Positions 43,801 to 59,800 of a stretch of DNA of 64,000 nt are shown here, in pieces. The stretch's first letter is position 1; every line of letters starts with the position of its first letter. Made by a program: the position numbers and the translations under genes. Origin of the DNA: Auanema rhodensis (Eukaryota; Animalia; Nematoda); NCBI GenBank assembly GCA_964057225.1, contig OZ059896.1, positions 620,001 through 684,000 of the forward strand, in the 5' to 3' direction. Under the pieces are notes generated by a model. It was given only the letters and a program-made list of their open reading frames with translations, was not told the DNA's origin and ran no database searches.

Positions 43801-45435
43801 TACATTTAATTAGCATAAATTAAAGTTCACGTAAATTTCAAAGTCATGGTTACCATGAACCAATATCAATAAAAATTTGTTTTTAGACTAATATGGACAT
43901 GGGGAATCTAATTTTGAAAACCGCATCTCTTTATCTTTCACGTGAAACGAGTTACATACCAAGTGCACATCACGTGTACATTTAATTAGCATAAATTAAA
44001 GTTCACGTAAATTTCAAAGTCATGGTTACCATGAACCAATATCAATAAAAATTTGTTTTTAGACTAATATGGACATGGGGAATCTAATTTTGAAAACCGC
44101 ATCTCTTTATCTTTCACGTGAAGCGAGTTACATACCAAGTGCACATTACCTGTACATTTAATTAGCATAATTAAAGTTCACGTAAATTTCAAAGTCATGG
44201 GTACCATGAACCAATATCAATAAAAATTTGTTTTTAGACTAATATGGACATGGGGAATCTAATTTTGAAAACCGCATCTCTTTATCTTTCACGTGAAGCG
44301 AGTTACATACCAAGTGCACATCACGTGTACATTTAATTAGCATAAATTAAAGTTCACGTAAATTTCAAAGTCATGGTTACCATGAACCAATATCAATAAA
44401 AATTTGTTTTTAGACTAATATGGACATGGGGAATCTAATTTTGAAAACCGCATCTCTTTATCATTCACGTGAAGCGAGTTACATACCAAGTGCACATCAC
44501 GTGTACATTTAATTAGCATAAATTAAAGTTCACGTAAATTTCAAAGTCATGGTTACCATGCACCAATATCAATAAACATTTGTTTTTAGACTAATATGGA
44601 CATGAGGAATCTACTTTTGAAAACCGCATCTCTTTATCTTTCACGTGAAGCGAGTTACATACCAAGTGCACATGACGTGTACATTTAATTAGCATAAATT
44701 AAAGTTCACGTAAATTTCAAAGTCATGGTTACCAAGCACCAATATCAATAAAAATTTGTTTTTAGACTAATATGGACATGGGGAATCTAATTTTGAAAAC
44801 CGCATCTCTTTATCTTTCACGTGAAGCGAGTTACATACCAAGTGCACATCACGTGTACATTTAATTAGCATAAATTAAAGTTCACGTAAATTTCAAAGTC
44901 ATGGTTACCATGAACCAATATCAATAAAAATTTGTTTTTAGACTAATATGGACATGGGGAATCTAATTTTGAAAACCGCATCTCTTTATCTTTCACGTGA
45001 AACGAGTTACATACCAAGTGCACATCACGTGTACATTTAATTAGCATAAATTAAAGTTCACGTAAATTTCAAAGTCATGGTTACCATGAACCAATATCAA
45101 TAAAAATTTGTTTTTAGACTAATATGGACATGGGGAATCTAATTTTGAAAACCGCATCTCTTTATCTTTCACGTGAAGCGAGTTACATACCAAGTGCACA
45201 TCACGTGTACATTTAATTAGCATAAATTAAAGTTCACGTAAATTTCAAAGTCATGGTTACCAAGCACCAATATCAATAAAAATTTGTTTTTAGACTAATA
45301 TGGACATGGGGAATCTAATTTTGAAAACCGCATCTCTTTATCTTTCACGTGAAGCGAGTTACATACCAAGTGCACATCACGTGTACATTTAATTAGCATA
45401 AATTAAAGTTCACGTAAATTTCAAAGTCATGGTTA

Positions 45436-48400
45436 CCATGAACCAATATCAATAAAAATTTGTTTTTAGACTAATATGGACATGGGGAATCTAATTTTGA
45501 AAACCGCATCTCTTTATCTTTCACGTGAAGCGAGTTACATACCAAGTGCACATTACCTGTACATTTAATTAGCATAATTAAAGTTCACGTAAATTTCAAA
45601 GTCATGGGTACCATGAACCAATATCAATAAAAATTTGTTTTTAGACTAATATGGACATGGGGAATCTAATTTTGAAAACCGCATCTCTTTATCTTTCACG
45701 TGAAGCGAGTTACATACCAAGTGCACATCACGTGTACATTTAATTAGCATAAATTAAAGTTCACGTAAATTTCAAAGTCATGGTTACCATGAACCAATAT
45801 CAATAAAAATTTGTTTTAAGACTAATATGGACATGGGGAATCTAATTTTGAAAACCGCATCTCTTTATCATTCACGTGAAGCGAGTTACATACCAAGTGC
45901 ACATCACGTGTACATTTAATTAGCATAAATTAAAGTTCACGTAAATTTCAAAGTCATGGTTACCATGCACCAATATCAATAAACATTTGTTTTTAGACTA
46001 ATATGGACATGAGGAATCTACTTTTGAAAACCGCATCTCTTTATCTTTCACGTGAAGCGAGTTACATACCAAGTGCACATGACGTGTACATTTAATTAGC
46101 ATAAATTAAAGTTCACGTAAATTTCAAAGTCATGGTTACCATGCACCAATATCAATAAAAATTTGTTTTTAGACTAATATGGACATGGGAAATCTAATTT
46201 TGAAAACCGCATCTCTTTATCTTTCACGTGAAGCGAGTTACATACCAAGTGCACATCACGTGTACATATAATTAGCATAAATTAAAGTTCACGTAAATTT
46301 CAAAGTCATGGTTACCATGAACCAATATCAATAAAAATTTGTTTTTAGACTAATATGGACATGGGGAATCTAATTTTGAAAACCGCATCTCTTTATCTTT
46401 CACGTGAAGCGAGTTACATACCAAGTGCACATCACGTGTACATTTAATTAGCATAAATTAAAGTTCACGTAAATTTCAAAGTCATGGTTACCAAGCACCA
46501 ATATCAATAAAAATTTGTTTTTAGACTAATATGGACATGGGGAATCTAATTTTGAAAACCGCATCTCTTTATCTTTCACGTGAAGCGAGTTACATACCAA
46601 GTGCACATCACGTGTACATTTAATTAGCATAAATTAAAGTTCACGTAAATTTCAAAGTCATGGTTACCATGAACCAATATCAATAAAAATTTGTTTTTAG
46701 ACTAATATGGACATGGGGAATCTAATTTTGAAAACCGCATCTCTTTATCTTTCACGTGAAACGAGTTACATACCAAGTGCACATCACGTGTACATTTAAT
46801 TAGCATAAATTAAAGTTCACGTAAATTTCAAAGTCATGGTTACCATGAACCAATATCAATAAAAATTTGTTTTTAGACTAATATGGACATGGGGAATCTA
46901 ATTTTGAAAACCGCATCTCTTTATCTTTTACGTGAAGCGAGTTACATACCAAGTGCACATCACGTGTACATTTAATTAGCATAAATTAAAGTTCACGTAA
47001 ATTTCAAAGTCATGGTTACCAAGCACCAATATCAATAAAAATTTGTTTTTAGACTAATATGGACATGGGGAATCTAATTTTGAAAACCGCATCTCTTTAT
47101 CTTTCACGTGAAGCGAGTTACATACCAAGTGCACATCACGTGTACATTTAATTAGCATAAATTAAAGTTCACGTAAATTTCAAAGTCATGGTTACCATGA
47201 ACCAATATCAATAAAAATTTGTTTTTAGACTAATATGGACATGGGAAATCTAATTTTGAAAACCGCATCTCTTTATCTTTTACGTGAAGCGAGTTACATA
47301 CCGAGTGCACATCACGTGTACATTTAATTAGCATAAATTAAAGTTCACGTAAATTTCAAAGTCATGGTTACCATGCACCAATATCAATCAAAATTTGTTT
47401 TTAGACTAATATGGACATGGGGAATCTAATTTTGAAAACCGCATCTCTTTATCTTTTACGTGAAGCGAGTTACATACCGAGTGCACATCACGTGTACATT
47501 TAATTAGCATAAATTAAAGTTCACGTAAATTTCAAAGTCATGGTTACCATGCACCAATATCAATCAAAATTTGTTTTTAGACTAATATGGACATGGGAAA
47601 TCTAATTTTGAAAACCGCATCTCTTTATCTTTTACGTGAAGCGAGTTACATACCGAGTGCACATCACGTGTACATTTAATTAGCATAAATTAAAGTTCAC
47701 GTAAATTTCAAAGTCATGGTTACCATGCACCAATATCAATCAAAATTTGTTTTTAGACTAATATGGACATGGGGAATCTAATTTTGAAAACCGCATCTCT
47801 TTATCTTTCACGTGAAGCGAGTTACATACCAAGTGCACATCACGTGTACATTTAATTAGCATAAATTAAAGTTCACGTAAATTTCAAAGTCATGGTTACC
47901 ATGAACCAATATCAATAAAAATTTGTTTTTAGACTAATATGGACATGGGGAATCTAATTTTGAAAACCGCATCTCTTTATCTTTCACGTGAAGCGAGTTA
48001 CATACCAAGTGCACATTACCTGTACATTTAATTAGCATAATTAAAGTTCACGTAAATTTCAAAGTCATGGGTACCATGAACCAATATTAATAAAAATTTG
48101 TTTTTAGACTAATATGGACATGGGGAATCTAATTTTGAAAACCGCATCTCTTTATCTTTCACGTGAAGCGAGTTACATACCAAGTGCACATCACGTGTAC
48201 ATTTAATTAGCATAAATTAAAGTTCACGTAAATTTCAAAGTCATGGTTACCATGAACCAATATCAATAAAAATTTGTTTTTAGACTAATATGGACATGGG
48301 GAATCTAATTTTGAAAACCGCATCTCTTTATCTTTCACGTGAAGCGAGTTACATACCAAGTGCACATTACCTGTACATTTAATTAGCATAATTAAAGTTC

Positions 48401-50887
48401 ACGTAAATTTCAAAGTCATGGGTACCATGAACCAATATCAATAAAAATTTGTTTTTAGACTAATATGGACATGGGGAATCTAATTTTGAAAACCGCATCT
48501 CTTTATCTTTCACGTGAAGCGAGTTACATACCAAGTGCACATCACGTGTACATTTAATTAGCATAAATTAAAGTTCACGTAAATTTCAAAGTCATGGTTA
48601 CCATGAACCAATATCAATAAAAATTTGTTTTAAGACTAATATGGACATGGGGAATCTAATTTTGAAAACCGCATCTCTTTATCATTCACGTGAAGCGAGT
48701 TACATACCAAGTGCACATCACGTGTACATTTAATTAGCATAAATTAAAGTTCACGTAAATTTCAAAGTCATGGTTACCATGCACCAATATCAATAAACAT
48801 TTGTTTTTAGACTAATATGGACATGAGGAATCTACTTTTGAAAACCGCATCTCTTTATCTTTCACGTGAAGCGAGTTACATACCAAGTGCACATGACGTG
48901 TACATTTAATTAGCATAAATTAAAGTTCACGTAAATTTCAAAGTCATGGTTACCATGCACCAATATCAATAAAAATTTGTTTTTAGACTAATATGGACAT
49001 GGGAAATCTAATTTTGAAAACCGCATCTCTTTATCTTTCACGTGAAGCGAGTTACATACCAAGTGCACATCACGTGTACATATAATTAGCATAAATTAAA
49101 GTTCACGTAAATTTCAAAGTCATGGTTACCATGAACCAATATCAATAAAAATTTGTTTTTAGACTAATATGGACATGGGGAATCTAATTTTGAAAACCGC
49201 ATCTCTTTATCTTTCACGTGAAGCGAGTTACATACCAAGTGCACATCACGTGTACATTTAATTAGCATAAATTAAAGTTCACGTAAATTTCAAAGTCATG
49301 GTTACCATGAACCAATATCAATAAAAATTTGTTTTTAGACTAATATGGACATGGGGAATCTAATTTTGAAAACCGCATCTCTTTATCTTTCACGTGAAAC
49401 GAGTTACATACCAAGTGCACATCACGTGTACATTTAATTAGCATAAATTAAAGTTCACGTAAATTTCAAAGTCATGGTTACCATGAACCAATATCAATAA
49501 AAATTTGTTTTTAGACTAATATGGACATGGGGAATCTAATTTTGAAAACCGCATCTCTTTATCTTTTACGTGAAGCGAGTTACATACCAAGTGCACATCA
49601 CGTGTACATTTAATTAGCATAAATTAAAGTTCACGTAAATTTCAAAGTCATGGTTACCAAGCACCAATATCAATAAAAATTTGTTTTTAGACTAATATGG
49701 ACATGGGGAATCTAATTTTGAAAACCGCATCTCTTTATCTTTCACGTGAAGCGAGTTACATACCAAGTGCACATCACGTGTACATTTAATTAGCATAAAT
49801 TAAAGTTCACGTAAATTTCAAAGTCATGGTTACCATGAACCAATATCAATAAAAATTTGTTTTTAGACTAATATGGACATGGGAAATCTAATTTTGAAAA
49901 CCGCATCTCTTTATCTTTTACGTGAAGCGAGTTACATACCGAGTGCACATCACGTGTACATTTAATTAGCATAAATTAAAGTTCACGTAAATTTCAAAGT
50001 CATGGTTACCATGCACCAATATCAATCAAAATTTGTTTTTAGACTAATATGGACATGGGGAATCTAATTTTGAAAACCGCATCTCTTTATCTTTTACGTG
50101 AAGCGAGTTACATACCGAGTGCACATCACGTGTACATTTAATTAGCATAAATTAAAGTTCACGTAAATTTCAAAGTCATGGTTACCATGCACCAATATCA
50201 ATCAAAATTTGTTTTTAGACTAATATGGACATGGGAAATCTAATTTTGAAAACCGCATCTCTTTATCTTTTACGTGAAGCGAGTTACATACCGAGTGCAC
50301 ATCACGTGTACATTTAATTAGCATAAATTAAAGTTCACGTAAATTTCAAAGTCATGGTTACCATGCACCAATATCAATCAAAATTTGTTTTTAGACTAAT
50401 ATGGACATGGGGAATCTAATTTTGAAAACCGCATCTCTTTATCTTTCACGTGAAGCGAGTTACATACCAAGTGCACATCACGTGTACATTTAATTAGCAT
50501 AAATTAAAGTTCACGTAAATTTCAAAGTCATGGTTACCATGAACCAATATCAATAAAAATTTGTTTTTAGACTAATATGGACATGGGGAATCTAATTTTG
50601 AAAACCGCATCTCTTTATCTTTCACGTGAAGCGAGTTACATACCAAGTGCACATTACCTGTACATTTAATTAGCATAATTAAAGTTCACGTAAATTTCAA
50701 AGTCATGGGTACCATGAACCAATATTAATAAAAATTTGTTTTTAGACTAATATGGACATGGGGAATCTAATTTTGAAAACCGCATCTCTTTATCTTTCAC
50801 GTGAAGCGAGTTACATACCAAGTGCACATCACGTGTACATTTAATTAGCATAAATTAAAGTTCACGTAAATTTCAAAGTCATGGTTA
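45436..50887 (+). repeat. 16-/15-monomer higher-order duplication: 45436-48249 / 48250-50887
   Basis: Same ordered variants in both copies (TTTTAAG+TCATTC, AAACAT+GAGG, CATATA, three CCGAG monomers, AATATTAA, two 175-mers). The second copy lacks the CCAAGC monomer found at 46491. Confidence 0.88.
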
Positions 50888-53800
50888 CCATGAACCAATA
50901 TCAATAAAAATTTGTTTTTAGACTAATATGGACATGGGGAATCTAATTTTGAAAACCGCATCTCTTTATCTTTCACGTGAAGCGAGTTACATACCAAGTG
51001 CACATTACCTGTACATTTAATTAGCATAATTAAAGTTCACGTAAATTTCAAAGTCATGGGTACCATGAACCAATATCAATAAAAATTTGTTTTCAGACTA
51101 ATATGGACATATGGAATCTAATTTTGAAAACCGCATCTCTTTATCTTTCACGTGAAGCGAGTTACATACCAAGTGCACATCACGTGTACATTTAATTAGC
51201 ATAAATTAAAGTTCACGTAAATTTCAAAGTCATGGTTACCATGAACCAATATCAATAAAAATTTGTTTTTAGACTAATATGGACATGGGGAATCTAATTT
51301 TGAAAACCGCATCTCTTTATCATTCACGTGAAGCGAGTTACATACCAAGTGCACATCACGTGTACATTTAATTAGCATAAATTAAAGTTCACGTAAATTT
51401 CAAAGTCATGGTTACCAAGCACCAATATCAATAAAAATTTGTTTTTAGACTAATATGGACATGGGGAATCTAATTTTGAAAACCGCATCTCTTTATCTTT
51501 CACGTGAAGCGAGTTACATACCAAGTGCACATCACGTGTACATTTAATTAGCATAAATTAAAGTTCACGTAAATTTCAAAGTCATGGTTACCATGAACCA
51601 ATATCAATAAAAATTTGTTTTTAGACTAATATGGACATGGGGAATCTAATTTTGAAAACCGCATCTCTTTATCTTTCACGTGAAACGAGTTACATACCAA
51701 GTGCACATCACGTGTACATTTAATTAGCATAAATTAAAGTTCACGTAAATTTCAAAGTCATGGTTACCATGAACCAATATCAATAAAAATTTGTTTTTAG
51801 ACTAATATGGACATGGGAAATCTAATTTTGAAAACCGCATCTCTTTATCTTTTACGTGAAGCGAGTTACATACCGAGTGCACATCACGTGTACATTTAAT
51901 TAGCATAAATTAAAGTTCACGTAAATTTCAAAGTCATGGTTACCATGCACCAATATCAATCAAAATTTGTTTTTAGACTAATATGGACATGGGGAATCTA
52001 ATTTTGAAAACCGCATCTCTTTATCTTTTACGTGAAGCGAGTTACATACCGAGTGCACATCACGTGTACATTTAATTAGCATAAATTAAAGTTCACGTAA
52101 ATTTCAAAGTCATGGTTACCATGCACCAATATCAATCAAAATTTGTTTTTAGACTAATATGGACATGGGAAATCTAATTTTGAAAACCGCATCTCTTTAT
52201 CTTTTACGTGAAGCGAGTTACATACCGAGTGCACATCACGTGTACATTTAATTAGCATAAATTAAAGTTCACGTAAATTTCAAAGTCATGGTTACCATGC
52301 ACCAATATCAATCAAAATTTGTTTTTAGACTAATATGGACATGGGGAATCTAATTTTGAAAACCGCATCTCTTTATCTTTCACGTGAAGCGAGTTACATA
52401 CCAAGTGCACATCACGTGTACATTTAATTAGCATAAATTAAAGTTCACGTAAATTTCAAAGTCATGGTTACCATGAACCAATATCAATAAAAATTTGTTT
52501 TTAGACTAATATGGACATGGGGAATCTAATTTTGAAAACCGCATCTCTTTATCTTTCACGTGAAGCGAGTTACATACCAAGTGCACATTACCTGTACATT
52601 TAATTAGCATAATTAAAGTTCACGTAAATTTCAAAGTCATGGTTACCATGCACCAATATCAATCAAAATTTGTTTTTAGACTAATATGGACATGGGGAAT
52701 CTAATTTTGAAAACCGCATCTCTTTATCTTTTACGTGAAGCGAGTTACATACCGAGTGCACATCACGTGTACATTTAATTAGCATAAATTAAAGTTCACG
52801 TAAATTTCAAAGTCATGGTTACCATGCACCAATATCAATCAAAATTTGTTTTTAGACTAATATGGACATGGGAAATCTAATTTTGAAAACCGCATCTCTT
52901 TATCTTTTACGTGAAGCGAGTTACATACCGAGTGCACATCACGTGTACATTTAATTAGCATAAATTAAAGTTCACGTAAATTTCAAAGTCATGGTTACCA
53001 TGCACCAATATCAATCAAAATTTGTTTTTAGACTAATATGGACATGGGGAATCTAATTTTGAAAACCGCATCTCTTTATCTTTCACGTGAAGCGAGTTAC
53101 ATACCAAGTGCACATCACGTGTACATTTAATTAGCATAAATTAAAGTTCACGTAAATTTCAAAGTCATGGTTACCATGAACCAATATCAATAAAAATTTG
53201 TTTTTAGACTAATATGGACATGGGGAATCTAATTTTGAAAACCGCATCTCTTTATCTTTCACGTGAAGCGAGTTACATACCAAGTGCACATCACGTGTAC
53301 ATTTAATTAGCATAAATTAAAGTTCACGTAAATTTCAAAGTCATGGTTACCATGAACCAATATCAATAAAAATTTGTTTTTAGACTAATATGGACATGGG
53401 GAATCTAATTTTGAAAACCGCATCTCTTTATCATTCACGTGAAGCGAGTTACATACCAAGTGCACATCACGTGTACATTTAATTAGCATAAATTAAAGTT
53501 CACGTAAATTTCAAAGTCATGGTTATCATGAACCAATATCAATAAAAATTTGTTTTTAGACTAATATGGACATGGGAAATCTAATTTTGAAAACCGCATC
53601 TCTTTATCTTTTACGTGAAGCGAGTTACATACCAAGTGCACATCACGTGTACATTTAATTAGCATAAATTAAAGTTCACGTAAATTTCAAAGTCATGGTT
53701 ACCAAGCACCAATATCAATAAAAATTTGTTTTTAGACTAATATGGACATGGGGAATCTAATTTTGAAAACCGCATCTCTTTATCTTTCACGTGAAGCGAG

Positions 53801-56800
53801 TTACATACCAAGTGCACATCACGTGTACATTTAATTAGCATAAATTAAAGTTCACGTAAATTTCAAAGTCATGGTTACCATGAACCAATATCAATAAAAA
53901 TTTGTTTTTAGACTAATATGGACATGGGGAATCTAATTTTGAAAACCGCATCTCTTTATCTTTCACGTGAAACGAGTTACATACCAAGTGCACATCACGT
54001 GTACATTTAATTAGCATAAATTAAAGTTCACGTAAATTTCAAAGTCATGGTTACCATGAACCAATATCAATAAAAATTTGTTTTTAGACTAATATGGACA
54101 TGGGGAATCTAATTTTGAAAACCGCATCTCTTTATCTTTCACGTGAAGCGAGTTACATACCAAGTGCACATCACGTGTACATTTAATTAGCATAAATTAA
54201 AGTTCACGTAAATTTCAAAGTCATGGTTACCATGAACCAATATCAATAAAAATTTGTTTTTAGACTAATATGGACATGGGAAATCTAATTTTGAAAACCG
54301 CATCTCTTTATCTTTTACGTGAAGCGAGTTACATACCAAGTGCACATCACGTGTACATTTAATTAGCATAAATTAAAGTTCACGTAAATTTCAAAGTCAT
54401 GGTTACCATGAACCAATATCAATAAAAATTTGTTTTTAGACTAATATGGACATGGGAAATCTAATTTTGAAAACCGCATCTCTTTATCTTTCACGTGAAG
54501 CGAGTTACATACCAAGTGCACATCACGTGTACATATAATTAGCATAAATTAAAGTTCACGTAAATTTCAAAGTCATGGTTACCATGAACCAATATCAATA
54601 AAAATTTGTTTTTAGACTAATATGGACATGGGGAATCTAATTTTGAAAACCGCATCTCTTTATCTTTCACGTGAAGCGAGTTACATACCAAGTGCACATC
54701 ACGTGTACATTTAATTAGCATAAATTAAAGTTCACGTAAATTTCAAAGTCATGGTTACCATGAACCAATATCAATAAAAATTTGTTTTTAGACTAATATG
54801 GACATGGGGAATCTAATTTTGAAAACCGCATCTCTTTATCTTTCACGTGAAACGAGTTACATACCAAGTGCACATCACGTGTACATTTAATTAGCATAAA
54901 TTAAAGTTCACGTAAATTTCAAAGTCATGGTTACCATGAACCAATATCAATAAAAATTTGTTTTTAGACTAATATGGACATGGGGAATCTAATTTTGAAA
55001 ACCGCATCTCTTTATCTTTTACGTGAAGCGAGTTACATACCAAGTGCACATCACGTGTACATTTAATTAGCATAAATTAAAGTTCACGTAAATTTCAAAG
55101 TCATGGTTACCAAGCACCAATATCAATAAAAATTTGTTTTTAGACTAATATGGACATGGGGAATCTAATTTTGAAAACCGCATCTCTTTATCTTTCACGT
55201 GAAGCGAGTTACATACCAAGTGCACATCACGTGTACATTTAATTAGCATAAATTAAAGTTCACGTAAATTTCAAAGTCATGGTTACCATGAACCAATATC
55301 AATAAAAATTTGTTTTTAGACTAATATGGACATGGGAAATCTAATTTTGAAAACCGCATCTCTTTATCTTTTACGTGAAGCGAGTTACATACCAAGTGCA
55401 CATCACGTGTACATTTAATTAGCATAAATTAAAGTTCACGTAAATTTCAAAGTCATGGTTACCATGCACCAATATCAATCAAAATTTGTTTTTAGACTAA
55501 TATGGACATGGGGAATCTAATTTTGAAAACCGCATCTCTTTATCTTTCACGTGAAGCGAGTTACATACCAAGTGCACATCACGTGTACATTTAATTAGCA
55601 TAAATTAAAGTTCACGTAAATTTCAAAGTCATGGTTACCATGAACCAATATCAATAAAAATTTGTTTTTAGACTAATATGGACATGGGGAATCTAATTTT
55701 GAAAACCGCATCTCTTTATCTTTCACGTGAAACGAGTTACATACCAAGTGCACATCACGTGTACATTTAATTAGCATAAATTAAAGTTCACGTAAATTTC
55801 AAAGTCATGGTTACCATGCACCAATATCAATCAAAATTTGTTTTTAGACTAATATGGACATGGGGAATCTAATTTTGAAAACCGCATCTCTTTATCTTTC
55901 ACGTGAAGCGAGTTACATACCAAGTGCACATCACGTGTACATTTAATTAGCATAAATTAAAGTTCACGTAAATTTCAAAGTCATGGTTACCATGAACCAA
56001 TATCAATAAAAATTTGTTTTTAGACTAATATGGACATGGGGAATCTAATTTTGAAAACCGCATCTCTTTATCTTTCACGTGAAACGAGTTACATACCAAG
56101 TGCACATCACGTGTACATTTAATTAGCATAAATTAAAGTTCACGTAAATTTCAAAGTCATGGTTACCATGAACCAATATCAATAAAAATTTGTTTTTAGA
56201 CTAATATGGACATGAGGAATCTAATTTTGAAAACCGCATCTCTTTATCTTTTACGTGAAGCGAGTTACATACCAAGTGCACATCACGTGTACATTTAATT
56301 AGCATAAATTAAAGTTCACGTAAATTTCAAAGTCATGGTTACCAAGCACCAATATCAATAAAAATTTGTTTTTAGACTAATATGGACATGGGGAATCTAA
56401 TTTTGAAAACCGCATCTCTTTATCTTTCACGTGAAGCGAGTTACATACCAAGTGCACATCACGTGTACATTTAATTAGCATAAATTAAAGTTCACGTAAA
56501 TTTCAAAGTCATGGTTACCATGCACCAATATCAATCAAAATTTGTTTTTAGACTAATATGGACATGGGGAATCTAATTTTGAAAACCGCATCTCTTTATC
56601 TTTCACGTGAAGCGAGTTACATACCAAGTGCACATCACGTGTACATTTAATTAGCATAAATTAAAGTTCACGTAAATTTCAAAGTCATGGTTACCATGAA
56701 CCAATATCAATAACAATTTGTTTTTAGACTAATATGGACATGGGGAATCTAATTTTGAAAACCGCATCTCTTTATCTTTCACGTGAAACGAGTTACATAC

Positions 56801-59800
56801 CAAGTGCACATCACGTGTACATTTAATTAGCATAAATTAAAGTTCACGTAAATTTCAAAGTCATGGTTACCATGAACCAATATCAATAAAAATTTGTTTT
56901 TAGACTAATATGGACATGGGGAATCTAATTTTGAAAACCGCATCTCTTTATCTTTTACGTGAAGCGAGTTACATACCAAGTGCACATCACGTGTACATTT
57001 AATTAGCATAAATTAAAGTTCACGTAAATTTCAAAGTCATGGTTACCATGCACCAATATCAATAAAAATTTGTTTTTAGACTAATATGGACATGGGGAAT
57101 CTAATTTTGAAAACCGCATCTCTTTATCTTTCACGTGAAGCGAGTTACATACCAAGTGCACATCACGTGTACATTTAATTAGCATAAATTAAAGTTCACG
57201 TAAATTTCAAAGTCATGGTTACCATGAACCAATATCAATAAAAATTTGTTTTTAGACTAATATGGACATGGGGAATCTAATTTTGAAAACCGCATCTCTT
57301 TATCTTTCACGTGAAACGAGTTACATACCAAGTGCACATCACGTGTACATTTAATTAGCATAAATTAAAGTTCACGTAAATTTCAAAGTCATGGTTACCA
57401 TGAACCAATATCAATAAAAATTTGTTTTTAGACTAATATGGACATGGGGAATCTAATTTTGAAAACCGCATCTCTTTATCTTTTACGTGAAGCGAGTTAC
57501 ATACCAAGTGCACATCACGTGTACATTTAATTAGCATAAATTAAAGTTCACGTAAATTTCAAAGTCATGGTTACCAAGCACCAATATCAATAAAAATTTG
57601 TTTTTAGACTAATATGGACATGGGGAATCTAATTTTGAAAACCGCATCTCTTTATCTTTCACGTGAAGCGAGTTACATACCAAGTGCACATCACGTGTAC
57701 ATTTAATTAGCATAAATTAAAGTTCACGTAAATTTCAAAGTCATGGTTACCATGAACCAATATCAATAAAAATTTGTTTTTAGACTAATATGGACATGGG
57801 AAATCTAATTTTGAAAACCGCATCTCTTTATCTTTTACGTGAAGCGAGTTACATACCAAGTGCACATCACGTGTACATTTAATTAGCATAAATTAAAGTT
57901 CACGTAAATTTCAAAGTCATGGTTACCATGCACCAATATCAATCAAAATTTGTTTTTAGACTAATATGGACATGGGGAATCTAATTTTGAAAACCGCATC
58001 TCTTTATCTTTCACGTGAAGCGAGTTACATACCAAGTGCACATCACGTGTACATTTAATTAGCATAAATTAAAGTTCACGTAAATTTCAAAGTCATGGTT
58101 ATCATGAACCAATATCAATAAAAATTTGTTTTTAGACTAATATGGACATGGGAAATCTAATTTTGAAAACCGCATCTCTTTATCTTTTACGTGAAGCGAG
58201 TTACATACCAAGTGCACATCACGTGTACATTTAATTAGCATAAATTAAAGTTCACGTAAATTTCAAAGTCATGGTTACCAAGCACCAATATCAATAAAAA
58301 TTTGTTTTTAGACTAATATGGACATGGGGAATCTAATTTTGAAAACCGCATCTCTTTATCTTTCACGTGAAGCGAGTTACATACCAAGTGCACATCACGT
58401 GTACATTTAATTAGCATAAATTAAAGTTCACGTAAATTTCAAAGTCATGGTTACCATGAACCAATATCAATAAAAATTTGTTTTTAGACTAATATGGACA
58501 TGGGGAATCTAATTTTGAAAACCGCATCTCTTTATCTTTCACGTGAAACGAGTTACATACCAAGTGCACATCACGTGTACATTTAATTAGCATAAATTAA
58601 AGTTCACGTAAATTTCAAAGTCATGGTTACCATGAACCAATATCAATAAAAATTTGTTTTTAGACTAATATGGACATGGGGAATCTAATTTTGAAAACCG
58701 CATCTCTTTATCTTTCACGTGAAGCGAGTTACATACCAAGTGCACATTACCTGTACATTTAATTAGCATAAATTAAAGTTCACGTAAATTTCAAAGTCAT
58801 GGTTACCATGAACCAATATCAATGAAAATTTGTTTGTAGACTAATATGGACATGGGGAATCTAATTTTGAAAACCGCATCTCTTTATCTTTCACGTGAAG
58901 CGAGTTACATACCAAGTGCACATCACGTGTACATATAATTAGCATAAATTAAAGTTCACGTAAATTTCAAAGTCATGGTTACCATGAACCAATATCAATA
59001 AAAATTTGTTTTTAGACTAATATGGACATGGGGAATCTAATTTTGAAAACCGCATCTCTTTATCTTTTACGTGAAGCGAGTTACATACCAAGTGCACATC
59101 ACGTGTACATTTAATTAGCATAAATTAAAGTTCACGTAAATTTCAAAGTCATGGTTACCAAGCACCAATATCAATAAAAATTTGTTTTTAGACTAATATG
59201 GACATGGGGAATCTAATTTTGAAAACCGCATCTCTTTATCTTTCACGTGAAGCGAGTTACATACCAAGTGCACATCACGTGTACATTTAATTAGCATAAA
59301 TTAAAGTTCACGTAAATTTCAAAGTCATGGTTACCATGAACCAATATCAATAAAAATTTGTTTTTAGACTAATATGGACATGGGAAATCTAATTTTGAAA
59401 ACCGCATCTCTTTATCTTTTACGTGAAGCGAGTTACATACCAAGTGCACATCACGTGTACATTTAATTAGCATAAATTAAAGTTCACGTAAATTTCAAAG
59501 TCATGGTTACCATGCACCAATATCAATCAAAATTTGTTTTTAGACTAATATGGACATGGGGAATCTAATTTTGAAAACCGCATCTCTTTATCTTTCACGT
59601 GAAGCGAGTTACATACCAAGTGCACATCACGTGTACATTTAATTAGCATAAATTAAAGTTCACGTAAATTTCAAAGTCATGGTTACCAAGCACCAATATC
59701 AATAAAAATTTGTTTTTAGACTAATATGGACATGGGAAATCTAATTTTGAAAACCGCATCTCTTTATCTTTTACGTGAAGCGAGTTACATACCAAGTGCA

